Program-made: the position numbers and the translations under genes
Shown: piece by piece, positions 13,362-25,196 of the stretch
Layout: the number at the start of each line of letters is the position of its first letter
Position numbering within the stretch: the stretch's first letter is position 1
The notes under the pieces: generated by a model
Database searches by the model: none
The model's input: the letters and a program-made list of their open reading frames with translations, nothing else
Told to the model about the DNA's origin: nothing
Assembly: GCF_001194135.2 (NCBI RefSeq)
Contig: NC_068992.1
Coordinates: 124,615 to 188,614, forward strand
DNA length: 64,000 nucleotides
Origin: Octopus bimaculoides
Taxonomy: Eukaryota
Direction of reading: 5' to 3'

Positions 13362-13649
13362 CTGGAGAAAACAGAAGAGAGAACAGAATTGATAATTGGT
13401 TTCATGTGAACAAACAGGTTTCATGTATTTATATTAAAGCACAAGCATTTGGATAATTATTACTGACCAAATTGATAGAACACTGTCTAAAGTTTGATGG
13501 TCTGAATTCTGTCACAAATGTTCCAATTTGTTCCTGGTAAGGTTGTTTAATTAAAGATGGCTTAGTTTATTGGTTCTGTCATTCTCTGGATCTATGTAGA
13601 AGTAAAGGTTTCAGTATAAGGAATGGAAACATTATACTCCTTGTCTTTT

Positions 13650-14050
13650 TGTCTTTTACTTGTTTCAGTCATTAAACTGTGGCCATGCTGGGGCACCACC
13701 ATGAAGAATTGTTTGTGAAAAGAACTGACTCCAGTACTTCTGAACTTTTTTTTTTTTGAAGTCTGATACTTAATCTATCAGTCACTTTTGCCAAACCACT
13801 AAGTTATAGGGACATAAACACACCAATACCAGTTGTTAAGCAGTGTGTGGGAGACAAAGACACACACACACACACACACACACACGATGGGCTTCTTTCA
13901 GTTTTTATCTACCAAATCCACTCACAATGCTTTCGTTGGCCTGAAGCTACAGTAGAAGACACTTGCCCAAGTTTCCATGTAGTGGGATTGAACCTGGAAC
14001 CATGTGGTTGAGACACAAACTTCTTACTATAGAGCCATGCCTGCTCCTAT
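13650..14050 (-). mobile_element. Family A SINE
   Basis: Reverse complement of 4362-4751; others at 16620-16900, 29570-29730, 43445-43836 (-), 340-640, 21391-21765, 52400-52630 (+), 59215-59435 (composite). Confidence 0.85.
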
Positions 14051-14731
14051 ATAATCAATAAAGGATTTCTAAGATGAAAGCTCTGAGCCACATTTTTATT
14101 ATGTAAGTGAAAGTGGGTCAGTAAAATGGCATTAGTGACGATACAGGTTCAGTTTCCACTTCAATTGCCATATCTGCCGTGATTTCCAGCTGTAATCAAC
14201 AAACTGGAGAAAGGAATTGGCTCCATTAAGTGGATTTGTCCTTATTATACTATATTAAGTGGATCAAGAGATTTAATGTTTCTCTAAAGCTTGCTGTGAA
14301 TGGAATTATAAGGAAAGAAAGAAGAGGAAGAAGAAGAAAAGGAAGGAAAGAAGGTAAAGCAGTGCATCACATACACACACATGTATACAGATTGCCATCA
14401 TCAAGATCATCATCAACATCATCATGATCATCTTCATTGTTTTTATGTTTGCTTTTTCTTTGCATTCTTGTGTTGGATGAGACGTGAGGCAGAATGCTAT
14501 GGTCACCTTGTCCTGATTCCAATGTTTACTTGCTTTCCAAGTAAAGTACTTTAGACCTTGTCTGGGTGGGAGGTTTTGGTTATAGGGAACATAAATAATG
14601 CCATTGCTGCCCAAGTAGTTTCAATGTAAAGACACACTCAAGCACACACACACATAGACAAATACACACACACATATACAAAGACAAACACACACACACA
14701 TTCATGCTCAGGCTGGATATGGCCAGTCTAA

Positions 14732-15179
14732 TCCTTTAGCATTCAGATTAATTTGTCACATGTAATGTTTATTCATCCACATTTTAAAAAACCAATTATA
14801 TTCTTGTAGCTTCAAGATTTCAAAGATGTGAATGTTCATTTTTAGAATGGCATTGTAGGGTAGGAGTGAGAAGCTGGATCTGTCCTGTTTCAACATAAAA
14901 ACAGATACAATATCTGGGCTGGATATGGCCAGATTAACCCATTAAGTCCCAGAGTACTTAAATTTCTGAATATTACTTTTAAATTTTTACAGATGATTGA
15001 AAATAGGTTAAAGTGAAAAAAAAAAACAATTATTAAAACTCCTTTACTTCAAGCAGAAATGAAAATACTCAGTGTCTTATAAATAGGACACTGAAACAAT
15101 GTGATATAGCTTATTGAATGTTCTCATTTAGTGTCCTATTTATAGGACAGTGGGACTTAATGGGTTAAATGCTAAAGGG
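14732..15179. mobile_element. piggyBac-type MITE (outer)
   Basis: TIR (T/C)CCTTTAGCATT / AATGCTAAAGGG with CTAA/TTAA target sites. Confidence 0.75.
14938..15164. mobile_element. piggyBac-type MITE (inner, nested)
   Basis: Perfect 14-bp TIR CCCATTAAGTCCCA, TTAA duplicated at 14934-37 and 15165-68; two internal 22-bp near-palindromes AGTGTC(T/C)TA(T/A)(A/T)(A/T)ATAGGACA(C/G)T. Confidence 0.9.
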
Positions 15180-15589
15180 TTAATCTGCTACAAGGGAGAG
15201 TCCACAACTACTCTTTTAGTATCTTTATGTATGAAAGGGAGATTTTATGGGGCTTGATCTGCAATAAATAACAACTACATCTCCTCTTGAATCACACCTT
15301 AATCTCTAAAGAAAAGGCAGAGCACATAAGATAATGTAGTTCATAGTAAAAAAAAAAAAAGTGGCTGTAACAACTGAAAAGCCCTGGATCATAGATAGGC
15401 TTGATCAAGATCATCTTGGGGTTAAACAACAACAGCAACAACAACACGTCAAAAACCACACCAACATGAACAAGAGGCATGCGAGAAATAATCAGAGCTG
15501 TGGAGAAATATCCAGGCTGCCATGACAAGTCCCATAAAATTATTGTCTGCCAAAGTGTATGCTTGAATTCTGTTGTAGACTTATGGGCT

Positions 15590-15800
15590 TTTCTACTCTA
15601 GGCACAAGGCCCGAAATTTTGGGAGAGGGGACCAGTCAATTTGATCAACTCCAGTACGCAACTGGTACTTAATTTATTGACCCCGAAAGGATGAAAGGAA
15701 AAGTTGACCTCGGCAGAATTTGAACTCAAAACGTAAAGACAGACAAAATACTGCTAAGCATTTCGCCTGGCATGCTACCGTTTCAGCCAGCTTGCCACCT
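15590..15800 (-). mobile_element. tRNA-derived SINE family B (central CCTTTCATCCTTTCGGGGTCGATAAA domain)
   Basis: Over 20 copies: 5910-6085, 9480-9660, 19245-19455, 25460-25680, 36910-37045, 46700-46860, 55315-55520, 60590-60777 (-); 36050-36465 (two), 53100-53535 (two), 57815-57960, 58430-58640 (+). Confidence 0.9.
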
Positions 15801-17030
15801 TGTTGTAGATTTATGGTGTATCTAGAACAGTAGATCTGGTGATTCAACCATATCTCACACTGCACTATTACAGGGATTTGTTTTAGTAATAGTTTCAACG
15901 AGCTGTTTTTATTGTAGGTTTAGGGATTATAGTGAGACTGTTATCATAAACCGTTGCATTGTTTAGGCTTAAATAGTCAGAAATTGGCTCGTCCTGCATG
16001 TTCCTAACAATTGGTCACATAAACTGGTCATGTGATGGTGTAATACTTGACTGAGTCCATTTCTTGGATCGGTCTAGTTTCACGTGGGATACAGTTTTGT
16101 ATCTAATCACATTGTATGATAGACCAACCAGCACAACAAAATCCAATGCCATTTTGAGCTTCCAGTTATCAATAAATAAAAGAATTTTCCCTGCTTTCCC
16201 CAGTAAAGTGGGAATTTTCAGAGAGAGAGGAGGGAGACTGCCGGGAAACTATGCCACATCATTTTGTTCCTGTTTGCCAAGCACTTCTAACCAAATCTTG
16301 ACTGAGTTGAGAAGCAGACTTTGTATATTTTCTGCAGACTGTTATCTCCAAGACTGTTATCTTCAGACTGTTATCTTCAGACTGTTATCTCCAAGATGCA
16401 TCCAACTGGTTCATTGAACAAACTTATTTAGCGGATGAATAAAGTGTTGCAAATCATCGAAGACTCTTTTTGTATTTCTTTTCAAATTTTTTACACACGA
16501 CACATGGAATCAAGAACTTGGAATTTAATACAAGGGCCAGAGATGCACTTCATACCAGTTAAAGGGCTTCCAATTTCTGATTAGTTTCTGTCATTGGATA
16601 CTTATCTTTAAAGTCTGTGACTTATTCTGTCAGCCCCCCCTTTGCTGAACCACTAAGTTTCGGGGATGTAAACAAACCAACACTGGTTGTGAAGAGGCAG
16701 TGGAGGACAAAACACAAACACACAACACACCACACGAACACAATAGGCTTCCACATAGTTTCTATCTACCAACTTCACTCACAAGGCATTGGTCAGCCTG
16801 GGGCTCATAATAGATGACAATTGCTCCAAGTGCTGCACAGTCGGATTGAACTTGAAACCAATGATCGCAAGCAAGCTTCTTTAACACACAGCCACGCTCC
16901 TGAGACTGTCTTGTCATAAATCATCATCACCATCATCATCAACATCTCTATTATTCTCATCAATGCTAACAGCTGTCAATGTAATCATCGTTTAGATAAT
17001 AAATTTATTTCTCCCTTGCTAATTACTTAC

Positions 17031-17075
17031 TTGCCACTCCAATGAATCTTGGTTGATATAATATAACTGGAACGT
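17031..17075 (-). CDS. KCNAB2: Kv-beta exon: (R)RSSYIISTKIHWSG(N)
   Basis: 45 nt, poly-T-ag/gtaagt; contains catalytic Lys (STK). Confidence 0.95.
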
Positions 17076-17283
17076 CTAAAAAAAAAACAAATATACATAA
17101 ATAGATTACAGGGGTAAGTACACACACACAACTATGTACACATACACAACATGTATGTATACATATGTATATATTTAAATATATATATATTTACGTACAT
17201 ATGTATATATGTATATAAACATATAATATATATGCATACATATATATATATACATATTTATAGATACATAAATGTGTATGTGC

Positions 17284-17346
<63 letters not shown>

Positions 17347-19057
17347 CATACATACATGCACATATACGTATATACATACACACACACACACAAGGATGTA
17401 AAATTTTAAGTATGTATTAATATTTGTTAGAACAAAAAATATTACCTGAACTTAATAACTAAACTAGAGTTAAAGAATATCGTATTACAAGGTGATTTTA
17501 CATTATGATATTAGAACCTAGGTACATTAACTTGTTGGATGCCAGAAATGGCTAGGTACAACAACAAAGGGTTCACATTGAGGAATCATGTGTTTGTAGG
17601 ATACAGCAGATATGCAAATACCAAATCCAATTCAAACCACAGATCCAACTCAGGGTCTGTTCTTGGCATGGCAAAGGTATTACAAAAGAACATGAATGAG
17701 ATTTCAAAATTTACTTTGTTGATGTCTTCATAGCATAGATTGGGATTTATGGAGCTAATGCAGTTTCGCACCACTCCTTGAAAAATGCATTTTAAAAAAA
17801 ATTGGGGGGGGGGGATTCCTATGTTTTAGATGTTGGAGATTATGAATATGCAAAAGAAAAATTTGCCCCCCCCATCATTTAAAATTTTTAACTTTTTTGA
17901 AATTTTTTTTCCCTGTTTAGATGACAGAGATTCCAAATATACAAGAAACCATATTTTCAAAATTTTAAATTCAATAAGCATATAGATATGTGTATAAAGA
18001 GATAGATATGAATGTCTTCTTGGAGCTAAAAACAACAGTAACACTGTCCTCTATAGGACCACCACATTTAGTTCACAAATATATTTTATGAATAAACGGA
18101 CAGGGATAAACAGACAGATAAATAAATAAAAGAATGAAAAAGTTCAAAATTTATAATTGGGGAAGTGGGTGAAATTTGAGCCCCTTATTAAACTTTATAA
18201 CATTAATTATTAAATATAAATGTTTGTTTCTCATGAAATGGTGTATATTTAATTTACATTATATTATTATTTACAATTATTTAAGGCAAACACAAGTAAA
18301 ATGCAAATTCTTTTCATTTTAATGTTTTTGTCTGTATTTAATTTCGATTTGCATATGTTCGTCAATTTGCTATGATCTANNNNNNNNNNNNNNNNNNNNN
18401 NNNNNNNNNNNNNNNNNNNNNNNNNNNNNNNNNNNNNNNNNNNNNNNNNNNNNNNNNNNNNNNNNNNNNNNNNNNNNNNNNNNNNNNNNNNNNNNNNNNN
18501 NNNNNNNNNNNNNNNNNNNNNNNNNNNNNNNNNNNNNNNNNNNNNNNNNNNNNNNNNNNNNNNNNNNNNNNNNNNNNNNNNNNNNNNNNNNNNNNNNNNN
18601 NNNNNNNNNNNNNNNNNNNNNNNNNNNNNNNNNNNNNNNNNNNNNNNNNNNNNNNNNNNNNNNNNNNNNNNNNNNNNNNNNNNNNNNNACGAACCACCAC
18701 TCTATAACTCAGTCAATGAAGACCCCGTCCAAAACCATGCTGTGAGGCATATACCATATAAAAACTTATTTAAGATTTTAATCTCAAATTTTAATAATCT
18801 ACAATATATCATATAAAGAAACAATCATCATAAAAATATTAATCTAAAAATCAAACAAAGTATAAATTGGACAGACAAAATTAATACAATAATATAATAT
18901 ATAAAAGTATAAAAGTCACTACTTGTGCATAGACTATGCGCATTTCATGGATAGCTGAGAGAGAGAAAGAGAGAGAGATCCATGTAGCTGTATATGCATT
19001 TAATGTAGATAACGCCAAACTTTCTTGAACAAAAAAAAGCGAAAGAAAGTTCCTCAC

Positions 19058-19102
19058 CTCCATCCTTTCTTTTTCAGAATTTTACCTAAAGATATTTCAG
19101 CC
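19058..19102 (-). CDS. KCNAB2: Kv-beta exon: (K)AEISLGKILKKKGW(R)
   Basis: 45 nt, tttttttcag/gtgagg; matches AEVVLGNIIKKKGWR of Kv-beta2. Confidence 0.95.
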
Positions 19103-19567
19103 CTGAAAAAAAGAACAGATGTTTGTTATGTAAATTATTATTATTTTATTTTTTTTTGTCTTTTTTTGGCTAATATTTAGTTTGAAATATTTCATAATCT
19201 CATAAATAGAAATTGGCACTAGTAAATAGGTATTTTTTGTTTTTGTGCTCTGGGTACAAGGCCGAAAAAGTTTGAGGGAGGGAGCCAGTCGATTAGATTG
19301 ACCCCAGTATGTAACTGGTACTTAATTTATCAACCTCAAAAGGATGAAAGGCAAAGTCGACCTTGGTGGAATTTGAACTCAGAACGCAATGACGGATAAA
19401 ATACCACTAAGCATTTCGCCTGGTGTGCTAACCACTCTGCCAGCTCACTGCCTTTCTAGTAAATAAGTATTGTCACTAGTAAAATAGTATTTAGTCATTA
19501 TTGATGGCAGCAGTATTTCTATTGAGCAGTACCCCATAGATCACAGATAAAATTTGGCACAGAAATA

Positions 19568-19791
19568 CAGCAATCCCTCAACTATCGTCGGTGTTATATT
19601 CCAAAACCCCCGGTGACAGTTGAAAATCCACAAAGTAGAGACAGCACTGTACTGTATATTTTTCAAAACTCATTTTTATAATTTGCATATATTTATTTTA
19701 TTATAAATGCAAAACAACACCACGGAGGAATCAACGTAAGCTTAAATAATAAACCATGATAGGTGAACCACGATATGGCGAAAGTTTACTG
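19568..19791. mobile_element. Tigger/pogo-like MITE
   Basis: Imperfect ~24-bp TIRs CAG(C/T)AA..C..TC..CTATCG..GG flanked by TA. Confidence 0.65.
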
Positions 19792-20354
19792 TATATGAAT
19801 ATGGGGCTGCAAGGTAAGAATACAGTCACCTGGTTATTTGGAGCTGTTCGCAGAGCCTGTGCTGCTGCAAGCATTCAGGCAGCTCTCATCTTGTAAATAA
19901 CCTCTACCTACCCATCTTAGAAGTCCCAGAAAAAGATCATCGACACTTCCATCTTCAGCTAAACTATTAAAAAAGGTCAAATAAATGGATAGATATCACA
20001 CTGAAAATCTGTTTCTTTTTTAATGCTAACCCCTTAGTTAGTTAAATTGAGACTGGAAGCAGTAGGTGTTTTTTTTTTCAGGGTTACCAAATAGTTGCCA
20101 TCACTTGGTAAAAACATACTTTTGAGCATAGAGAATCTCAGAACTCATAATCATCTATTTGGTGCTCAATTGTTCATATTAATTTCGCTTTTAAAACAAA
20201 ATTTTCATGGCTAAACTAAATGTTTACAGATACGTAAAAGCTTTCAAAGAATTTTAATAGGTTATCAAAATAAACAATGTTACCTAGATTGATGTTCTGC
20301 AGCTGATAATTAACATGAAGCACTACTGATGATGTACATAATTTGAAACTGTCG

Positions 20355-20830
20355 CCATCATCATCATCATGATGTAACATCTGTTTTCCATGCCGGCATG
20401 GGTTGGGCAGTGTGACAGGAGCTAGCCAGCAAAAGAGCTGTACCAGGCTCCAGTTGTCGATTTTGAAAAGGTTTCTATGGCTGGATGCCCTTTCTAATGC
20501 CAACCGCTTTAGAGAGTGTATTGGGTGCTTTTTACATGGCACCAGCATAGGTGTTTTTTATGCATGGCACCAGTGCAACGGCTTTTTATGTGGCACCAGC
20601 ACAGATATTTTTCATGTGACGCCAGCATGGGTGCTCTTTACAGGACGACAGCATAGGTACTTTTGATATGACACCAGAAGGGATACTTTCTATATGGCAC
20701 CAGAACGGATAGTTCTTACGTGGCCCCAGCATGGGTGCTTCTGATGTGTGCCATTTACATAGCACCAGCATGGGTGCTTTTTATGTGGCACCATTACAGG
20801 TGCTTTTCACGTGACACCAGCACCAGCATC
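20355..20830 (-). mobile_element. RTE 3' end with expanded ~26-bp internal minisatellite
   Basis: RTE core motif followed by about 12 degenerate TTTTTA(C/T)RTGGCACCAGCATGGGTG units (20528-20828). Confidence 0.75.
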
Positions 20831-21070
20831 TTAAAAACTCAACCAGCTCAACCAGTCATCATTATCTATTTTTCTGTTTTATATCAAACCAAACAGTTAA
20901 TATTGTGGTGTTCTGTTTCCAGTTTGAAAGAAAGTTTTACACACATGACTGAATAATTTACTCGTATATAAAGACTTGTAGTGATCCTAATACAGAATGA
21001 AGACAATGAAAATATAATGTAATCACAGAAAAAAAGAAACATCATTTAGAAATAATTAAAAGGAACTTAC

Positions 21071-21150
21071 TTGCCACCTGAATATACTTCAGCAGTATCA
21101 AATATGTTGATTCCACTCTCATAGGCTAGCGTTAACATGTCTTCAGCAAC
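21071..21150 (-). CDS. KCNAB2: Kv-beta exon: [26 protein letters not shown](K)
   Basis: 80 nt, ttcag/gtaagt; contains AKR catalytic Asp and Tyr (FDTAEVY). Confidence 0.96.
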
Positions 21151-21239
21151 CTGAATTAAAATTATTTAGCAGAGTATAATATATAAATATATAATATAAT
21201 TTAATTCATATATATAAATATATATATATTATATATTAA

Positions 21240-21374
21240 GGAGATGTACTTGCATAGCAAGTGACCAGATCTGAGATCGTGTGCTGGAACGAAAACAATT
21301 GCAGTGTGGAAGGTGTTTATAAGCCATTTAAGAAACAAAAACCGTTAGATTCACTTCAACATGTAAATTTAATT
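21240..21374 (+). mobile_element. One arm of a foldback DNA element (Kolobok-like, TTAA-GGAG terminus)
   Basis: Homologous to arms of 62970-63256; begins right after TTAA. Confidence 0.6.
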
Positions 21375-22771
21375 ACATTATATATATATAGGAGTGGCTG
21401 TGTGGTAAGTAGCTTGCTTACCAACCACATGGTTTCCGGTTCAGTCCATCTGTGTGGCACCTAGGACAAGTGTCTTGTACTATAGACACAAACCAACCAA
21501 AGCCTTATGAGTGGATTTGGTAGACAGAAACTGAAAGAAGCCCGTCATGTATATATATATATATATATTTGTGTGTGTGTCTGTGGTTGTCCCCCACTAT
21601 CGCTTGACCACTTATGCTGGTGTGCTTATGTCCCTGTAACTTAGTGTTTCAGCAAAAGAGATTGATAGAACAAGTACTAGGCTTACAAAGAATAAGCCCT
21701 GGGGTCGATTTGCTCGATTAAACGCGGTACTCCAGCATAGCCACAGTCAAATGACTGAAACAAGAATCTCTCTCTCTCTCTCTATGTATATATATATATA
21801 TATCATCATCGTCATTTAACGTCTGCTTTCCATGCTAACATGGGTTGGACGATTTGTCTGAGGACTGGTGAACCAGATGGTTACACCAGGCTCCAATCTG
21901 ATTTGGCAGAGTTTCTACAGCTGGATGCCCTTCCTAACGCCAACCACTCCGAGAGTGTAGTGGGTACTTTTGAGGACTCAGTTTGCATGAGTGATAGTGT
22001 ATCATTCACTATGTGCTTTCTTAAGTGGATGGTAAGGCCTGCTTTGCTCCATGCTGCAAAAGCACAATGACGAGTACGGTTTCCGTTTAGACCCCACCCC
22101 CTCACTCACAACAAGGTAATGAAGCCTTCATCATAATATGGTGTCTTTGGCATACATACCAATAAACTACATCTCAGCATATATATTTTAGATCAAAGGA
22201 AAGGTTAGCGTTCCATCAGTTCTTTTCTTATTCGTTTTATTTATACTTTGAACAACTGGCATGGAATGGTCGGAATGAATGGTTAGACTTTTGCTGCTGT
22301 CATTACTTTCAGCCTTGTTTCTTCTGTTTCGATATCTTCCTTCTTGTCTGTGTATTATTTATTTCTATCTTTGATCTCGCTCCACAAAAAAAAAAACACA
22401 TTAATGAAGCACACTACAATTATACAGTGTCAAAGAATTGTCTACAACAGAGAACTACATCACACTCTGTTGTTGTACTGGCTTTAATCTAAGATAAGTG
22501 TTGTTAATGAAAATGCTTACATCCTATTTGTATCATGTTACCTAACACTCTACATAAAGATAACACTAAGTAATTTGGCTGCTCGTAGCGACAATGATGG
22601 TGGTGGTGGTGGTGGTACTGCTGGCTCTGTTGTTACCATAATTAATGGTGCTAAGTATATAACTAGTGTTATTTTTGTTGCTAATCTATTTCGTCTAGTT
22701 TTTTTTTTACTAACATTGTTCCACTCAGTTGAACTAGAGCACAAAGTTAAACAGAAGCATTCACTGAGTAC

Positions 22772-22850
<79 letters not shown>

Positions 22851-23074
22851 CATGTACACATATCATCCAACACATGATGTACATCTCAAACTTCACTTTT
22901 GTTTAGCATGATGCAATACCTGCTAATGGCATGCTATATATGGTTATGCAGAATGCAGCCTGCTAAGCAGTGTACACTGCACTCAGTCTGCTCTTCAGAT
23001 AGTTTCTGTGTAATTGCTTAGTGATGATGACTTCATAGGTGATCAAAAAATGGATAAGAGATGAATCAGGGCTT

Positions 23075-23992
23075 GCAGGGGTGATGTGGTGACAGAAATT
23101 GTCTGACAGCCATGACTGGGTTCTCCTGCTTGTGTGGAATGGTACAGAGTGCTGTTGGCAGACATAGGATCTTCCAGCAGCCAACCTCTTCACCCAGGGC
23201 AGCGCTACTTCCTCCAGGCACTTAATGTAGGCCTCCATGTTGTGTTTGAGGCTGTGTGGGAATATGAATGGAGGCATAATGTTGCCATCACTAGTGATCA
23301 CTGCAAACACCATGATGTTGACTGGATGTTTGATTTTTATCACTCTTGGAACATGTTTTAGCAAACCATCTGATCCTGGCAGAAATGTTTCTCGTTTGAG
23401 AAAGACCAAAGTAAACTCAGTTGGAGGAGATGCTTGAGTTTGTGCTTCAAAGTGCAATCTTTCCTCTCGTCCTTGATGGCTTGGGATAAAAATTGGCCCT
23501 TCCTCATCTTGTATGAAGAATACCAAATGTCTTCATGAACTACCTGCTTGATAAGAAACTCAGACACTCCCATATCCCTGGTGATGGACCTGATTGACTT
23601 GGACGGATCGTTGTCAATCATGGCCTGAATCTCACCATCAAATTCAGTTCTTTCTTTCTCAGCAGAACGATCAGAGTGAGTTTTCCAAGCTGCCATACCT
23701 TTGTTATCACCATTAAACTCAACCAACTCTTTCCAAATCCTCTGCACTGTCCTCTGATTGACACCCAAACACACTGAAATGTTCGTATTAGAGCTTCCAG
23801 TGTGAATGCCAAGCAGTAATGCATGTCGTTTCCAAATTTCTGGCAGAGTGAATTGCATCATGGTGCTGTTTTTCTCACAGACGGTGCCCAACTGACCCTA
23901 CTATACTGTGTAGTTGACAAAATAAAAAGCAAACAATGTGCAAGCACAAAGTTAAAAATATAAAATGGCAACAATTTATCCATTGCCCCCTG
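23075..23992 (-). pseudogene. Decayed Tc1/mariner transposase (probably DD37D/maT-like), 3'-truncated
   Basis: ORFs 23358..23891 and 22963..23526: HTH region, KHPVNIMVFAVITSDG, LPWVKRLAAGRSYVCQQHSVPFHTSRRTQSWL; frameshifted, catalytic Asp residues mutated; 5' TIR TA|CAGGGGGCAATGG at 23992; no 3' TIR seen. Confidence 0.9.
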
Positions 23993-25164
23993 TATGTATA
24001 TATATANNNNNNNNNNNNNNNNNNNNNNNNNNNNNNNNNNNNNNNNNNNNNNNNNNNNNNNNNNNNNNNNNNNNNNNNNNNNNNNNNNNNNNNNNNNNNN
24101 NNNNNNNNNNNNNNNNNNNNNNNNNNNNNNNNNNNNNNNNNNNNNNNNNNNNNNNNNNNNNNNNNNNNNNNNNNNNNNNNNNNNNNNNNNNNNNNNNNNN
24201 NNNNNNNNNNNNNNNNNNNNNNNNNNNNNNNNNNNNNNNNNNNNNNNNNNNNNNNNNNNNNNNNNNNNNNNNNNNNNNNNNNNNNNNNNNNNNNNNNNNN
24301 NNNNNNNNNNNNNNNNNNNNNNNNNNNNNNNNNNNNNNNNNNNNNNNNNNNNNNNNNNNNNNNNNNNNNNNNNNNNNNNNNNNNNNNNNNNNNNNNNNNN
24401 NNNNNNNGGTGACCCAAAAAGTTTGAGAATCTTTGACATAGAAGCTACCTGAGGCTCCTTATGTGTGTGTGTGTGTGAGCATGTGTACAAGTGAAACATT
24501 AGAGATTTCACTGGATTTGATGAATTTTTTTGGACTCTGACACACAGAAAATCTCAGATAAAAGACAATCCAGACATGACCATCCCATTCATATTTCAGA
24601 TATAATAATGTTTCTCGGACTACATTCTCTGAGCTGTCATTTCTTGAAGACAGTATAGTATGATTCAAGCGAGATTTAGTCCCTATTTTTAGAAGGTCCA
24701 GTGACAACGTAGAGGCTCCCTGAGACTCCCTCCCACATTACCTCCTGTACTGAGGTAGATTTAGCTGCTATGTTGAGCAGATTGATCAAGTTGAGTGCTT
24801 GTCTGTTGACAGACTAGCTGTTTCTTCCTTTCCTGACAGCCAAATCTGATTTGCTGCTGAATAAATTTGCTAGTTGTCATCACTATTTAGCAACTGTTAG
24901 CAACATTTGTTTTTTTTTTTAAAGATTAACAACCATCTTCTCTTTGTTCTCTTTCCTAATTAAGAGATTATTATTAATGAAGTCTGTCAATGTTAATAAT
25001 TTAAATCTCATTGAATGTCAAGTTGTTCAATATATGAGAGTGTGTGTGTGGTGTGTGTGTGTATCACTAGTAAAAGTACACCTGTGTGAGCTGTGCATTT
25101 GATGTGTGTTTGTGTGTTTGCACATAAAACTGTTATTTGGCATTTGTCAGTATATGTGACTCTC

Positions 25165-25196
<32 letters not shown>

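Noticed and set aside
10331-20828. Short spaced direct repeats as CRISPR-like arrays
   Set aside because: Eukaryotic context, spacers are microsatellite or absent, and there are no cas genes.
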